Part shown: positions 15,321 to 27,490 of the stretch, piece after piece
Numbering within the stretch: position 1 is the first letter of the stretch
Layout: each line of letters starts with the position of its first letter
From: Eledone cirrhosa
Taxonomy: Eukaryota
Assembly: GCA_964016885.1 (NCBI GenBank)
Contig: OZ024742.1
Location: 62,186,001-62,250,000, forward strand
Direction of reading: 5' to 3'
DNA length: 64,000 nt
Made by a program: the position numbers and the translations under genes
Notes under the pieces: model-generated
The model's database searches: none
Told to the model about the DNA's origin: nothing
The model's input: the letters and a program-made list of their open reading frames with translations, nothing else

Positions 15321-16447
15321 AGTTACCAGATAATATCAATAATAATATAACAATGGTTACATTGCTAGTTATTGTGGCAGTCGATATATTGTACATCATC
15401 TATATTGTTTTATATATATTAATCAATATTTTAATTTCAGCCAGTGTTTGTAGAAACGGCAGGTTTTTACCGGAACATCACTCTAATCGTGTGTGTTGTG
15501 TTGTTTTGAATAGAGTATTTCACAACCATGCTTGAATAAACTAGCTAATTTGTCAGTGCTGTAGAGACGTGCTTAATTTTTCCTGAAGATACAAAAAGTT
15601 TAAGGTACGCAATGTTACCTATTCTCTCATCTAACTCTGTTTATCTACATTTTGGTCTTTGTTTTGTGACTCTCTGCCTCTGAAGGTTTTATATGTGTTC
15701 TTCTGGCTAGTGTTGTAAAATCAAGAGATTCATTTGAAAACATCAGTTAGTTAATGTTTTAAGTCTCCTTAATAAGAATTTGGTATTATACTGTCAGGAG
15801 AATATTAGTTCAGACTTTTAATTCAAAGACTTTGCTATGAGGTAGAATATATGATGTAATGTAATCATATTTCTTCAACTTCTTTATGAAATGGCTCATT
15901 TAATTTGACTGTCTTACATTTAGTATTCCTTCACCTCTTAGCAATAAATACCGAGAGTGAAGTACTATGTTTAATGAAACAATCCAAGAACGAGATTACT
16001 TATTTATGCATTAAGTTTTAAATGAATAAATCGAAAGATTCTGTAGCTGATTGTAGTTTCACCAATTGTAATGTTACCACAGATAAAAACAGATATTTTG
16101 AAAGATATTTTTACAATCATAGTTTGATACTGGAATTATATCTGAACATGAGAAATCTTCAGTCAACTGATTGCTTTCACCTTTCTCCTTCATAAAACTC
16201 ATATATAGCATTTAATTCTAAAAAATGCATTGTGCGTGCTGTCATTCTTATATATACTAGTACATTTTCTTTTGGTTCATATTATAAATCATTTATTTAT
16301 TTAGATGAACTTCTAATAGCTGATCAAATGGAATTCACTGTTATTCATTACAGTCAATATAAATTCACTGTTATTGAACTTTCCCAATATATATTCTCTA
16401 ATTTAAAACTTTTGTGACCATATTTCTAATGAAATACTGTCAATTAA

Positions 16448-16620
16448 TTAATTGTTTCTACTTTTTGGCACAAGGCCAGCAATTACCCAGTACATTACTG
16501 GTACTTTATTTTATCGACCCCGTAAGGATGAAAGTCGAAGTTAACCTCGGCAGGATTTGAACTTAGAATGCAAAGGACCATAACAATACTGCAAAGCATG
16601 GTGTCTGACGCTCTACCAAT
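16448..16620 (-). mobile_element. tRNA-derived SINE
   Basis: Reverse complement of the family. Confidence 0.85.
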
Positions 16621-16621
16621 A

Positions 16622-16993
16622 CTTGTGTTGAGCTGGTCATTAATTTATGGTGGTCGTGCGTGGAGTAGAGCAATCGCTAGTTGAAATATTATGAACAAAA
16701 CATTTTTATTTGCCGAAGAACATATTTTCAATACTGTTTGTGAATGTGACGAAGGAAATACATTCTGATATGGAACAGTGTACAAAGTGTGTCTGTGAAT
16801 AACATAATGTTACCTCATGTTGTTGTCAAGACATAATGGATTTCGTTTATCCAGTTAGAAGATGAAACCTAGCCATCTCGGATTAGTTATATTTCATGCC
16901 ATGTGTAAACGTGTTTGAGGATAGCAAAATATGCGTGTTTCTTGTCTGGAAACTTTCTGCTAAACAAATTTGTTTCAGTATATATTTAATATA
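16622..16993 (+). pseudogene. Intronless beta-microseminoprotein (PSP94)-like pseudogene
   Basis: Two plus frames: LVLSWSLIYGGRAWS..FNTVCECDEGNTF*YG and EQCTKCVCE*HNVTSCCCQDIMDFVYP..PCVNVFEDSKICVFLVWKLSAKQICFS; Cys spacing fits the MSMB family; stops and a frameshift. Confidence 0.45.
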
Positions 16994-17122
16994 ATATTAA
17001 TATATTTTGTAATATTATTAACTAATTATTATAATTAGCGCTTCAGGCTTTGTCTATATACTGAAACAAATTTGTAAGTCATTACCTAATTAAACTCTTT
17101 GCTTGAAATTTTATCATTCTTC

Positions 17123-17185
<63 letters not shown>

Positions 17186-18214
17186 TTTATCTAGTCCTTC
17201 GCTCAAGATTAATCTATAAGTTTAGATGTCTGCCTTCGTTTAAGTAAATATTACAGTAAGATTTTTAATATAAACAACTACAAAAAACAATTAATATTAA
17301 AACGAAAAAAATATCAGTGATAAAAGAAGCGGATGCAACTTTTTTTTTTATAAAGTTATATTCCTGTTTCTTTAAAGAACATTTCATTTTTGTTCTATTG
17401 TAGGCGAAATAATGCAATGGTTTAATAGGGAAGATATAACTTACCAATTATGTCTCTAACCGTGTAACGCTTTTTAAGTAGATAACTACAATTGAAAATA
17501 CTAAAGAAATGGAACCAACAATTCAATTTGAAAGTCGTCTACTTATAGACAGTGTATTACTGGTACTTTATTTTATCGACCCCGTAACGATGAAATGCAA
17601 ATGCTTAAAATTTAAATTGCCTTAATTCTATCGTCTGCTGTTTCATTAAAGGGAGATTCTCGTCTGTATTTAATTCTATCGTCTACTGTTCCACTAAACA
17701 GATATACCTCCACTATCGTCTTGATTTATACATTTTAACTTATAACTTATACACATTTGATTTGAAATATTTTATCTAGTCCCCCCTCTCAATATTATGA
17801 TGATTTCTTTCGAATGAAACAGTTCTAGTCCTGTAGAAGCCATTTATATATATAATTGAACTGAGTTAAAAATTCACAATATTTATAATTAAATAAGCTC
17901 ATATATATATGTGTGTATTTATCTGTTTATTGTATTATATATAATGTGTGTATATACAGGATGTCCCCCAAAAATATATACACACTTCAACAGCATTCTA
18001 ATAACTATTGCCTGTACAGGTAATCAAAGTGTCAATCGAATGTTAGTTTCGTGTTTTAACAGTACAAATTTACAATACACACATAACACACATAAAACCA
18101 GTGTATATACATACATGAGTGTGTATAAACATACATGAATGTGTATATACAATATATATGTATATATATATAGACACATATATTCACGGTGCAACGGAAC
18201 ATTAAAATATAGAT

Positions 18215-18520
18215 GCGGGAGGGGGGTGTATATATAGGGGCGCTGGGGATAAAGGAGTGTAAAGCGTGTGTAATTGATATATTGAAGGAGAGGAGCGTGC
18301 AGCGATAGAGTAACAAAAATATAGAGAGGGGGAGAGATGGTATTGAAGGGGAGGAGTGCAAAGCGAAAGAGTAAGAGATATATATATATAAAGACGGAAC
18401 AGATAGAGAGAAACAGGCGTAAGTAACAGTGGAAGAGATATATAGAGAGGGGGAAATGTGTTATTGAAGGGGAGGAGTGTAAAGCGAAAGCGTAAGATAT
18501 ATATATAGAGAGGGGGAATA
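18215..18520 (+). repeat. Purine-rich minisatellite (TATTGAAGGGGAGGAGTGYAAAGCG-type units)
   Basis: Repeated units visible; source of the spurious minus-strand ORFs. Confidence 0.7.
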
Positions 18521-18580
<60 letters not shown>

Positions 18581-18880
18581 ACACTTACTCTGATTGGTTG
18601 AAAATTAGCCAATGACATACGATCACCACCACCACGGCTATCCCCGAAAAATTTATGAAGAAGCTAGGCATATATGTTAGAACACGAAAAGTGAACATTC
18701 TGTTGTTTCACACTTTTCGTGTTCTAACAGATAGAGAGAGATTTTGAGTATATGTTGGTTGTATATGATTCCAGTTCCTCCGTGAAATAACAACCCAACC
18801 AGGAACTGAGCATATCAGAGTATTGACAATATTATACACCTCAAACAACATATGTACTTGTCTATACCATACTAATTCAA

Positions 18881-18935
18881 ACTGCCTGAAGAGGTCACAG
18901 CCAAAGATGGCTGTCACTGAAATATATATAGCAGT
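18881..18935 (+). ncRNA. Type I hammerhead ribozyme, canonical core
   Basis: ACTGC CTGAAGA GGTCACAGCCA AAGA TGGCTGTCACT GAAA TATATA TA GCAGT; 5-bp stem I, about 10-bp stem II, followed directly by AATAAA. Confidence 0.85.
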
Positions 18936-19002
18936 AATAAACGAAGCTAAATTTTAAACATTTGACTTTTTATTTAACTTTATTTTATATATATATATAT
19001 AT

Positions 19003-19533
19003 ATAAATGAGCGGAACAAGTAATCATCAAACAATATTTTAAATAAATTAAAAAACGACTTAAATATTCACCCGTTCTATTGCTGTTACCAACGGTTTAA
19101 TTAATCAAAAGATTGGAAATTCAGCGAATTTCCAATGGAAAGAATTAGATCTTCAGACAGCTATTTCCGTACTATAAGGATATAAAGCCTCATAGTAAGA
19201 GAATATATAGCTTCCTGCTCGTTGCATGGGGTCAGGCCGTTAAAGTGACCTACACACAAAAATAGGCCATAAGTAAAAGCGGGATATTATAAACTCGTTG
19301 ATCATGCCGCTAAAAATAGCAGCGCGATACAACGTTTTGTTCTCTACATATAAGGAGAATAAATATAAAAGGGTATGGATATATTCCAACAGGTACTAAG
19401 TAACTACAGAAATATGCATGGTGTTTATAATAGTTGTGGTTCGATGGTACTAATTTGAGATACCAGAACTATAAAAATGAGCAGAACAAGTAATCATCAA
19501 ACAATCTTTTAAATAAATTAAAAAACGATTTAA
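19003..19533 (-). mobile_element. 470-bp partial-tandem element with degenerate HHR (19082-19161) between (TA)n tracts
   Basis: About 60-bp direct repeats at 19005 and 19475; minus GCTGT CTGAAGA..TAAA CCGTTGG TA ACAGC (G12 mutated). Confidence 0.65.
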
Positions 19534-19582
19534 TATATATATATATATATAAGTAGTTCCACAGCAGTTAATTCACCATTTC

Positions 19583-19621
19583 CGAGAACAATTGTTTCAC
19601 CTTAGTCGGATCATCAGCTCG
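19583..19621 (-). ncRNA. Minimal type I hammerhead in inverted PLE terminus
   Basis: Minus: CGAG CTGATGA TCCGACTAAGGT GAAA CAATTG TT CTCG. Confidence 0.8.
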
Positions 19622-19699
19622 ATTTAAATGAGATTGCACAGAAAAGGAAAAACAATTGTACGAATACGCATGTGCAGAAGAATTCACTTCCCAAAAGGA

Positions 19700-20290
19700 A
19701 TGTAACCCATGTTAGATCGGTGATAATGTAGGTAAAAGATTTTTAGCTCTCTTAGATAGGCACTTCCCCATAAGTCATAAATACCGATCCATCTTTAACA
19801 GACACAGGGTGAAACTAGGATACACCTGTGCTAAGAATATAAAGACCAACAGGATGCTCTTGCCGAAGGCCTGAAGGTTGTTCCCTTCAACAACAATGTA
19901 ACACAACCGCTGTAATTTACGAAGCTGTGGTCATTTCTAACCGACCAAATCAACGACAAGAGGTCAAATCCTATGTAGGTACGGTGGAGGGCCGGTTTAA
20001 AGAACGCTTCCTGAATCATTTGTCGACATTCAGATACCCGGACAAACGATCGTCCACGAAGCTCGTGAGCCACGTATGTTCCCTCAATTACTCAGTCGTG
20101 GATTACTCCATACAATGGAAAGTCATACGGAAATTGGAATCCGCCTTGAGGGCTGTGCATTGAAGAAAGAATCAATATCCTGAGGAGTTACATAATAGCG
20201 CTTGTCTAAATTCAAGGATGAGCTTTTCTCGCGTTGTCCACACGTTTGGAAACACCTATTACGTAATTACAACGCTCCATACTGACTAAC
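19700..20290 (+). mobile_element. PLE 3' fragment (linker plus GIY-YIG), decayed
   Basis: [26 protein letters not shown]; CSCRRPEGC; VIYEA..SYVGTVEGRFKERFLNH..STKLVSHV. Confidence 0.85.
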
Positions 20291-21279
20291 GTGAATAATC
20301 TATTATATTATGGGCTGAATAACATGACTAATCTATTATTATTCTGCGTTTCAAATTATAAATTCGAGGAAAGTATAGACAAAGAATTACTTAGCTTTTC
20401 TTCAAAGCCCCTACTGCAGTTTCATCGATTGGTTTGCAACATCGGTGTACAAGAGAAGTGCAGCAATGCTGAAAAGCTGTAGATTCTTCAATGAGACCCC
20501 TCGTTTTGTGGACTGTATCGTGACCCTACCGTACGAAAGTGAATATTTCTCTGGAGGGAGAAATGGTCACGTGGTATAGACCACAGAAGGGAGGCAAAGG
20601 CATTGACCGCTAATAATATTAAATAAAATTGGTAATAATTAATGTTTTTTCGTGTGTTTTCAGCTAATCTGACCTCCAACAAGGTCGCTGTCGACTTTTT
20701 CTCCGAAAATGGAATGGTGTAGGGAACCTCGGATTTTCACAGCCTCAGAGATTTCTTCTGTGGAAATTTCTTCTTTCTCTTCTTTTCTTTCCCTTTATCT
20801 TCGAACGATCTGACATCCGACTCACTCGCTAACGATTCCTTTTTCCAAAAGTCAGGGCAGAGAGTGAGGTAGACCCTCGGAGTTACAGATAAGAACTTCT
20901 CGGCCGTTTAAATTTATAGAAAAGCACTAGCTGTGGATCGTGAAAAATCATTTTTCCTAGTTTTTTCTTCTGGTTTTTTAATGAATCTGACCCCGACATG
21001 CTTCAAATTCTTTTTCAAAAACCGAATGAGGGAGGGGGTCAGGGGAGTGGTAAACATCATTTTTCCCAGCATCGGAGATTTCTTCAGTACGAATAACAGA
21101 GGCAGTAAGAGAGCGGGGTCACATGAGTTACATATAAGCCCACTCAGGCGTTTAAATTTATAGAAAAGAAATCCGTTGATGCTGAAAGATGTTTTGATCC
21201 ATCATCATTTTGTACCGTTGTGGAAAACATTGTAAGCTTAATTAATTGTTCCCCAATTTCCAAATTCACCATTACAATG

Positions 21280-21660
21280 AGGAGTGGCTGTGTGAAAGAG
21301 AAATCCTTGCCCCCAAAATATCACAGTGAATGCCATCAATTTTTCACAAACGATCCCTGGAGGTAGCTAGACCTATAAATCTATTGACAAAGTTGTCGAC
21401 GAGAATGATGCTGTTCATTATCCCGTTGAATTTCTCAACTATCTGGAACTGTCCGGAATGCTGCCATACAACCTTGAAATGAAGAAGGGTACAGACATCA
21501 TGCTTCTCAGAAACGTGGGTCAGCCAAGTTTGTGCAATGGGAGGCATATGGTTGTGACTGAATAGCAGCCTCACATTATCGAAGTCAAAATCTTCACAGG
21601 ACGTGGTAGGGATCATCGCAATCACACCTAGAATGCTGCTACTACCATGAGATGTCACCT
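21280..21660 (+). pseudogene. Helitron helicase fragment
   Basis: ILAPKNITVNAIN..DAVHYPVEFLNYLELSGMLPYNLEMKKGTDIMLLRN..LCNG. Confidence 0.8.
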
Positions 21661-21669
21661 TTCGTTTCA

Positions 21670-21890
21670 AATGGGTTCTGTTTTTTCGTCTACTTACAAG
21701 GACCTTAGTCTTTGTCAGGTTGACTTTGAGACCCTTTCTTTCTAGTCTCTGCTTCCATGTTTGGAATTTCTTCTCTAGTTCTACTATAGATTCAGCTATA
21801 AGTGCGAGGTCATCCGCATAGAGGAGTTCCCATGGGCACCCGGTCTTAAATTCCTCCGTTATTGCCTGCAAAACTATGATGAACAGGGCC
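21670..21890 (-). mobile_element. RTE LINE RT fragment
   Basis: LFIIVLQAITEEFKTGCPWELLYADDLAL, same family as 45131-46819. Confidence 0.85.
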
Positions 21891-22007
21891 CCGATGGACA
21901 CCGACCTGTATGCTAAATTCCTCGCTATAGTCATTGCTAATCCTAACTTTGCTGACTGCTCCCCTATACACGGCTTTAATTTATTATTATTATTATTAAT
22001 ATATAAT

Positions 22008-22200
22008 AAGCGGTGGATTGGCAGTATCGGTAGAGGGTCGGACGCCATGCTTTCCAGCATAGTTACGTCCCTTTACGATCTGAGTTCAAATCCCGCCGAG
22101 GTTGACTTTGCTTTTCATCCTTACAGGGTCGATAAAATAAAGTACCAGTAATGCACTGGGTAATTGCTGGCCTTGTGCCTAAAGTAGAAACAATTATTAT
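22008..22200 (+). mobile_element. tRNA-derived SINE
   Basis: Full copy with A and B boxes. Confidence 0.88.
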
Positions 22201-22249
<49 letters not shown>

Positions 22250-22256
<7 letters not shown>

Positions 22257-23395
22257 CACCAAAACTATGTCGTCAGCAAATTCAGCATCTGATACCTCTT
22301 TCGCCTTAACTCTCCTGCTCTGAGCCGGTGCTACAGTAAAGCCAGAGTCCTGGTGTTTCTCCAGTGCAAGGCGCATACAATAGTCCACTACGATGATAAA
22401 AAGGTAGGGAGCCAATGTATCTCCCTGGAGCACTCCAGCCAGTATCTCAAAGAACTCTGTCATTCCATCTGGTGTAATGACTTGGGCTTTGGTGTTGGTG
22501 TAGAGCAGTGATATCAGACCCACTATCTTCTTGGGGATTCCATAAGCCTGTAAGATCTTCATCAGGCAGTGACGGTCCACATAATCAAAGGCCTTCCTAA
22601 AGTCAATGAAAACCATGACCGCAGGAAGGCACTTTGCTCTAGCTCCCTCTAATATCCTCCTCAGCATCAGTGAAGGAGGCAGAGGATTTGATGCAGGAGG
22701 TTGAGACTGTGTCGATGAGTGTGGGGCTGACAATGAATGAGACTAAAACAAAATATCTGGTAGAGAATGTTGAGAAGCCAGAGGGGATCACTAATGTAGG
22801 CAGGAAGCCGCTGGAATTGGTTGAGGACTTCCTATATTTCGGAGCAAAGATTGGGAATACAGAAGATGATGTGGTTGAGAGGAAGAGCAAAGCCTGGGCG
22901 GCGTGCCACAGCTTGAGATCGGTGTGGAAGTCGGACCTTCGTGAAGACCTGAAGATCCGCTTCTTCATTGCTGTAGTGGAGTCTGTGCTGCTGTACGGGT
23001 CTGAGACTTGGACACTGACCAAGAAACTCACTCAGATGGTGGATGGGTGCTACACGAGAATGCTGAGGATGACTCTGAACATTAATCAGTATACACTGAG
23101 GATGAAAAACTCAGATCTGTATGGGAGCCTCCCAAAAGTCAGCTCAAAAGTGACATAGAGGAGACTGAGGTTAGCTGGACATGATCACCGACATCCAGAG
23201 TTGACATTGCACTCAGTGCTCCTGTGGGAGCCCTTACATGGACACACTGGAAGGGGAAGATGAAGGTTAACGTATGTTGATGCCCTAAGGACAGACACTG
23301 GTCTGTTGGAGACGCAGGCCATGGCAGCGATAATGAGGGACAGAGACCGCTGGAGAGAACTCGTCCATGGATCTCGGGAATTTTACCCGCCCTAG
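22250..23395. mobile_element. RTE-group LINE with 5' inversion
   Basis: Minus 22250-22665 carries RT motifs (FIDFRKAFD, GVLQGDTLAPYLF, FADD); plus 22667-23395 continues the RT (FLYFGAKI, LLYGSETW). Confidence 0.88.
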
Positions 23396-23404
23396 AATAT
23401 ATAT

Positions 23405-25320
23405 ATATATAGTAATAATAATAAATTTGAAGACTAAAATCCAAAGAGGGCTCGATAAGGAGGATAAATATATATCAAATATATAAGAACCGTAGAGTAA
23501 ATAATTATTAAAATAACAGATTAAAGTTTAAGCAAAGAATCGCTGCTTTCACCCTTAACGGGATCTTCTGAAACTAAAAAAATCAATCTGTGAACGCAGA
23601 AGTAAATATTTCGAAAAACCTGGCAACCGAAGGAATACAGGAAGACGATACTTTGGTTCGTGGAAACGTTCCCTGGCAAAGAACGAAAAAAAACGTCATT
23701 ATTTGGAGCGGTGAAAACAATTACACGCAAAGACAAAACCATGTTCATGGTATAAATAAAGTCGTAGACTAATATTCTATTAGGTGGTTCATGGAGACGT
23801 TCCCTGGCAATGAACGGAAAAAACGAAGATAATACATGTCCGTAAGTCGGTGATTAATTTCGACGACTCTATTTGGATTTTAAAAAATCTAATAGTACCT
23901 CTATGTGAGTATGGGCGCCAGCGATACTGTATAGGTTACTGATCTTATCGGCCTTTTCTTTCTTTTCTCTATCAAGGAAGAATTCCTCAACGTGGGCGGT
24001 GGTTTGTACCGTGATGACGGTCTTTTGACCATGACGAAGTGCAGCCCACGCGCTTGCGACAGGTTCAGAAAAGAACTCATAGCCTTCTTTAAAGGCTTCA
24101 ACCTCTCCATACAGGTTGAGGCCAGCCTCTCAGTGGTTAATTACCTCGATGTTACTCTCAATTTGGCTAATGGCTTGAACTACCCGTATAGAAAGCCGAA
24201 TGATACGCTTAATTACATAAGTAAGCATTCTAACCATCCTGCCAGCATAACCAAGAACCTGGTAAGAAACGTTTCTTTGAGGCTTTCCCGTCTATCTACT
24301 AACGAGCATATCTTCACCGACCATTCCACATATTACAATGAAGCTCTTGCTCGGGGTGGATTTGTCGATAAGGTAGCATATACCGAGTATGAGCATAGAC
24401 CTAGGAAAAATAGATCCCGACGCATTATATGGTATAAGCCACCATATAATATGGAGGTGGCCACACCATTAGCTAAGGTCTTTCACTCCCTTATTATGAA
24501 GCATTTCCCCCCAGCACATAAATATAATAAAATTTTTAATAGAAATACCATTAAAATTTCTTACTCTACGACTCCTAACCTTGCACATAACATCACTGCT
24601 TCAAATTTAGCTAAATTACCTAGTCGTAGGAACACGGGCAACCCTGTAGCTAGTACTAACTGTAATTGTAGGAGTCGGGTTGACTGCCCCCTATCCGGGA
24701 AATGGCTTTCTAGTAACATTGTCTACAAATGTAAGGTTGAGACACCCACGTCCCGTAGGGCCTACATAGGGTTAACCGCCAATAGATTCAAGCAGCATCT
24801 TTACTTGCACACCCATTCTTTTCTTAACCCTTTAAGAAGGAATATGACGTCACTTTCAGCTTATATCTGGAGTCTAAAAGACAACCACACCCAATATAGG
24901 TTACACTGGGAGATCCTAGTTAAAGCTAGTTCGTATAACGGAAATAAAAGACCATGTGACCTCTGCGCCGCGGAAGCCCTGGAAATACTCTACGCCAATG
25001 ACCACATCTTAAACAAAACATCTGAGGCAATTTCGGCTTGTAAACACAAATTGCACAAAACTTTCCTGTATTACAGCCCCACGTTATACCCTAACGGATA
25101 GTACGAACAATACGCGGATGATTTACGTCTTGATGTGGTAGCTAAGTATATTTTATGTTTATACCATTACTTATTTGTAAATGTAAGTATTTATTATCTG
25201 TATGTTTTGTGAAGGTACGTATACTTTCTCGTACGTATATTTGCTTGTATTTGTTATAGGCGTATATATTATATTATATATATACTGGTACAGGTGTATA
25301 TGGTTATGTGTATATATAAT
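23405..25320 (+). mobile_element. 5'-truncated PLE (Naiad-like) with inverted pseudo-LTR
   Basis: ORF 23992-25101: GLYRDDGL, NYLDVTL, YRKPN, SNHP, CNCRSRVDCPL (CxCx5C), VYKC..YIGLT GIY-YIG; inverted terminus 23405-23830. Confidence 0.92.
23516..23591 (-). ncRNA. Hammerhead-like motif with CAGAAGA core, Naiad-like family
   Basis: Reverse complement of 47581-47656. Confidence 0.65.
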
Positions 25321-25777
25321 TACACTTTCTCACATATATTGTCTCTTACACATGACCTCATACTTATTATCCTTCTTGCTGCCCTCTTCTTCAGAAAAAG
25401 AATACCCTGTAAAGTGGTTGATGATAGGAAGAACATCAATCTATAGAAATTATGACATAAAATGTTGAGAGAAAACTCTTCATTTTTCTCAATGGCACGA
25501 TAATCTCTTTAGTATGGGTGCCACAATATAATGGTTGGTGATAGAAAGGATATCAAGCTATAGAAAAGCTGCCAACAAAGTGTCAAGAGTTCTCTTTCGT
25601 TATGTCAAAGACATGAGGACAAGCCTAGTGCTGGTGCCACTTTGAGATATTCAAGCACTTTAAAATATACATCTTAGTATTGTAGAACAAGAGGCAGTTT
25701 CAGGTGGTTTGACACCAGAAAGGTAACCTAATGTACATAAATGGTTAAATTTAGAAATAGAAAACATTTATTTTCAG

Positions 25778-25867
25778 CTTTGAAATATTTAACTGATAAA
25801 TTAGATTATATAATATCAATTATGGTTTTCCCTGAATCATTTACAAACTGGGAAAGGAGAGCCATTG
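25778..25867 (+). CDS. Candidate penultimate exon of upstream paralog of the PAN-domain gene
   Basis: TTTTCAG acceptor, GTATGA donor, 90 nt, phase 1-1; LKYLTDKLDYIISIMVFPESFTNWERRAI. Confidence 0.5.
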
Positions 25868-26334
25868 GTATGAGTGGTGGTGCTAGTGGAGGTAGTGATA
25901 CTAATAGGAGTGTGGTGTTGGGTGAGTGTTGTGATGTTAGTGGTGATGTTGGTAGTGGTAGTGATATAAGTAGGAGAATGTTGTGGTGTTAGTGGTGGTG
26001 TTGGTAGTTGTGTTTGTATTGGTGCTAATAGGGGTGTGGTGTTATTGGTGGTGGTGGAGGTGGTGGTTGTGGTATTGGTGCTAATTCGAGTGTCGTGTTA
26101 GGAGAGTGTTGTGGTGTTATTCGTGCTAGTGGTAGTGGTGTGCTGAAATATTAGTGGTGGTGCTAGTAATGTACATATCTGGTAATTAATTATCAATCCC
26201 AGGTAAATGAAGGCAGAATCGAACCTGACATGCCTTTAAATACAATTAATTATCACCTGATATGTTTTTTACCTTTCTAAACATTCTTCCAATCAATTGA
26301 TTTATAATAAAACTATTTTTCTTTGATTTTACAG

Positions 26335-26384
26335 AATCTTATTCAATAGCTGATTCTTTGTCAATTTATGTAAAGTTGACATAA
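26335..26384 (+). CDS. Candidate terminal coding exon
   Basis: TTTTTCTTTGATTTTACAG acceptor, phase compatible with 25867; (E)SYSIADSLSIYVKLT-stop. Confidence 0.5.
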
Positions 26385-26949
26385 ACATTTCACAAGATTA
26401 TATCACAGTATTTAAAGTAGAGGACTTTAGAGAACGAGAAAAATGATTCCATAGTTTTACAGGACATTCATTTGTTTTTTGTGTTGATAAATAACATTAC
26501 AAATTATTCACAATTCTTTCAGAATGAAAATATAAACAAATATAATCACATAGTAAATACAATTAACTATGAACCTTACCAATACAATGCATTCAAATAT
26601 ACGATCAAAGCAAGAGAAAGAGAAAAAAGGAACAAAAACAAAAACGACCAACAATTCCCCATCAAATGCGACAATCAGTCGCACATGACATGGGTCAACG
26701 GAAAGAGGAAACTGGTAAATCTTCAACACAGGTAACATATATTCACAGATTACAAGCTAATAAAAGTATCTTAGAAGTCACATCACATAATTTAGTACAT
26801 CCTATATCACTTGAAGAGTAACACCTATGATAGTACATTAAATGTAGAATTATATAACAAAAAACACAGGGAGAAATACCCATAATATTTTACATGTATA
26901 AATATTAGAATGTTTATGTATGTGTATGTGAATGTATGTATGTATGTAT

Positions 26950-27490
26950 GTTCTTCTGGTTTTATAATTTCACAAAGTTTTACCAATAGAGAGAGAGTCG
27001 GTTTCTAACATAGACACAAGACTCTCTCATTGGAATTTACACAACATCAACTAGGTAGATATGTATGTATGCATGCATGTGTCGATATGGATGTTATTGT
27101 ATGTGTGGATGTGGATGTTTTGAGTTGTATGTGTGCATGTGTATATGCTTTGTATCTGTACATGTGTATATGCAGTTATTAGATGCAACATTTTTGGAAT
27201 GTTTTACATATTTTTACTGCTCCATTAATGGATTGTACTTGTAATTTCCTAACTAGTTGTGTTCTTTCTGTTCCTGTGAAGCCTAGCTTCTCAAGATTTG
27301 TATTGAGGCAGTTACTAACATATCCCAGTGCCCCAATAATCACAGGCATAAATCTGAAGGGTGGAGTATCTGCAGATTTCTCATCAGTTCTGCATAAATA
27401 TTCTCCTTTTCACTAATCTTTGATATTATATTGGCATCTGCTGGGCAGCTAATTTCCACTACTGTGCATGTTTTCTTCTCCCTGTCCCAT
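26950..27490 (-). mobile_element. 3' fragment of R4/Dong-type element
   Basis: Colinear with 28230-28770; bounded by (TATG)n. Confidence 0.8.

Larger units (their letters stand above)
11176..16450 (+). repeat. Segmental duplication block, copy B (paralogous to 35068-36950 and partly to 1640-1945)
   Basis: 11176-12440 plus 15322-16450 are colinear with 35068-36950. Confidence 0.85.

Noticed and set aside
20291-21165. Possible host exon or transposase with repeated CGTTTAAATTTATAGAAAAG
   Set aside because: No recognisable protein motif or splice pattern; probably a DNA transposon relic but unsupported
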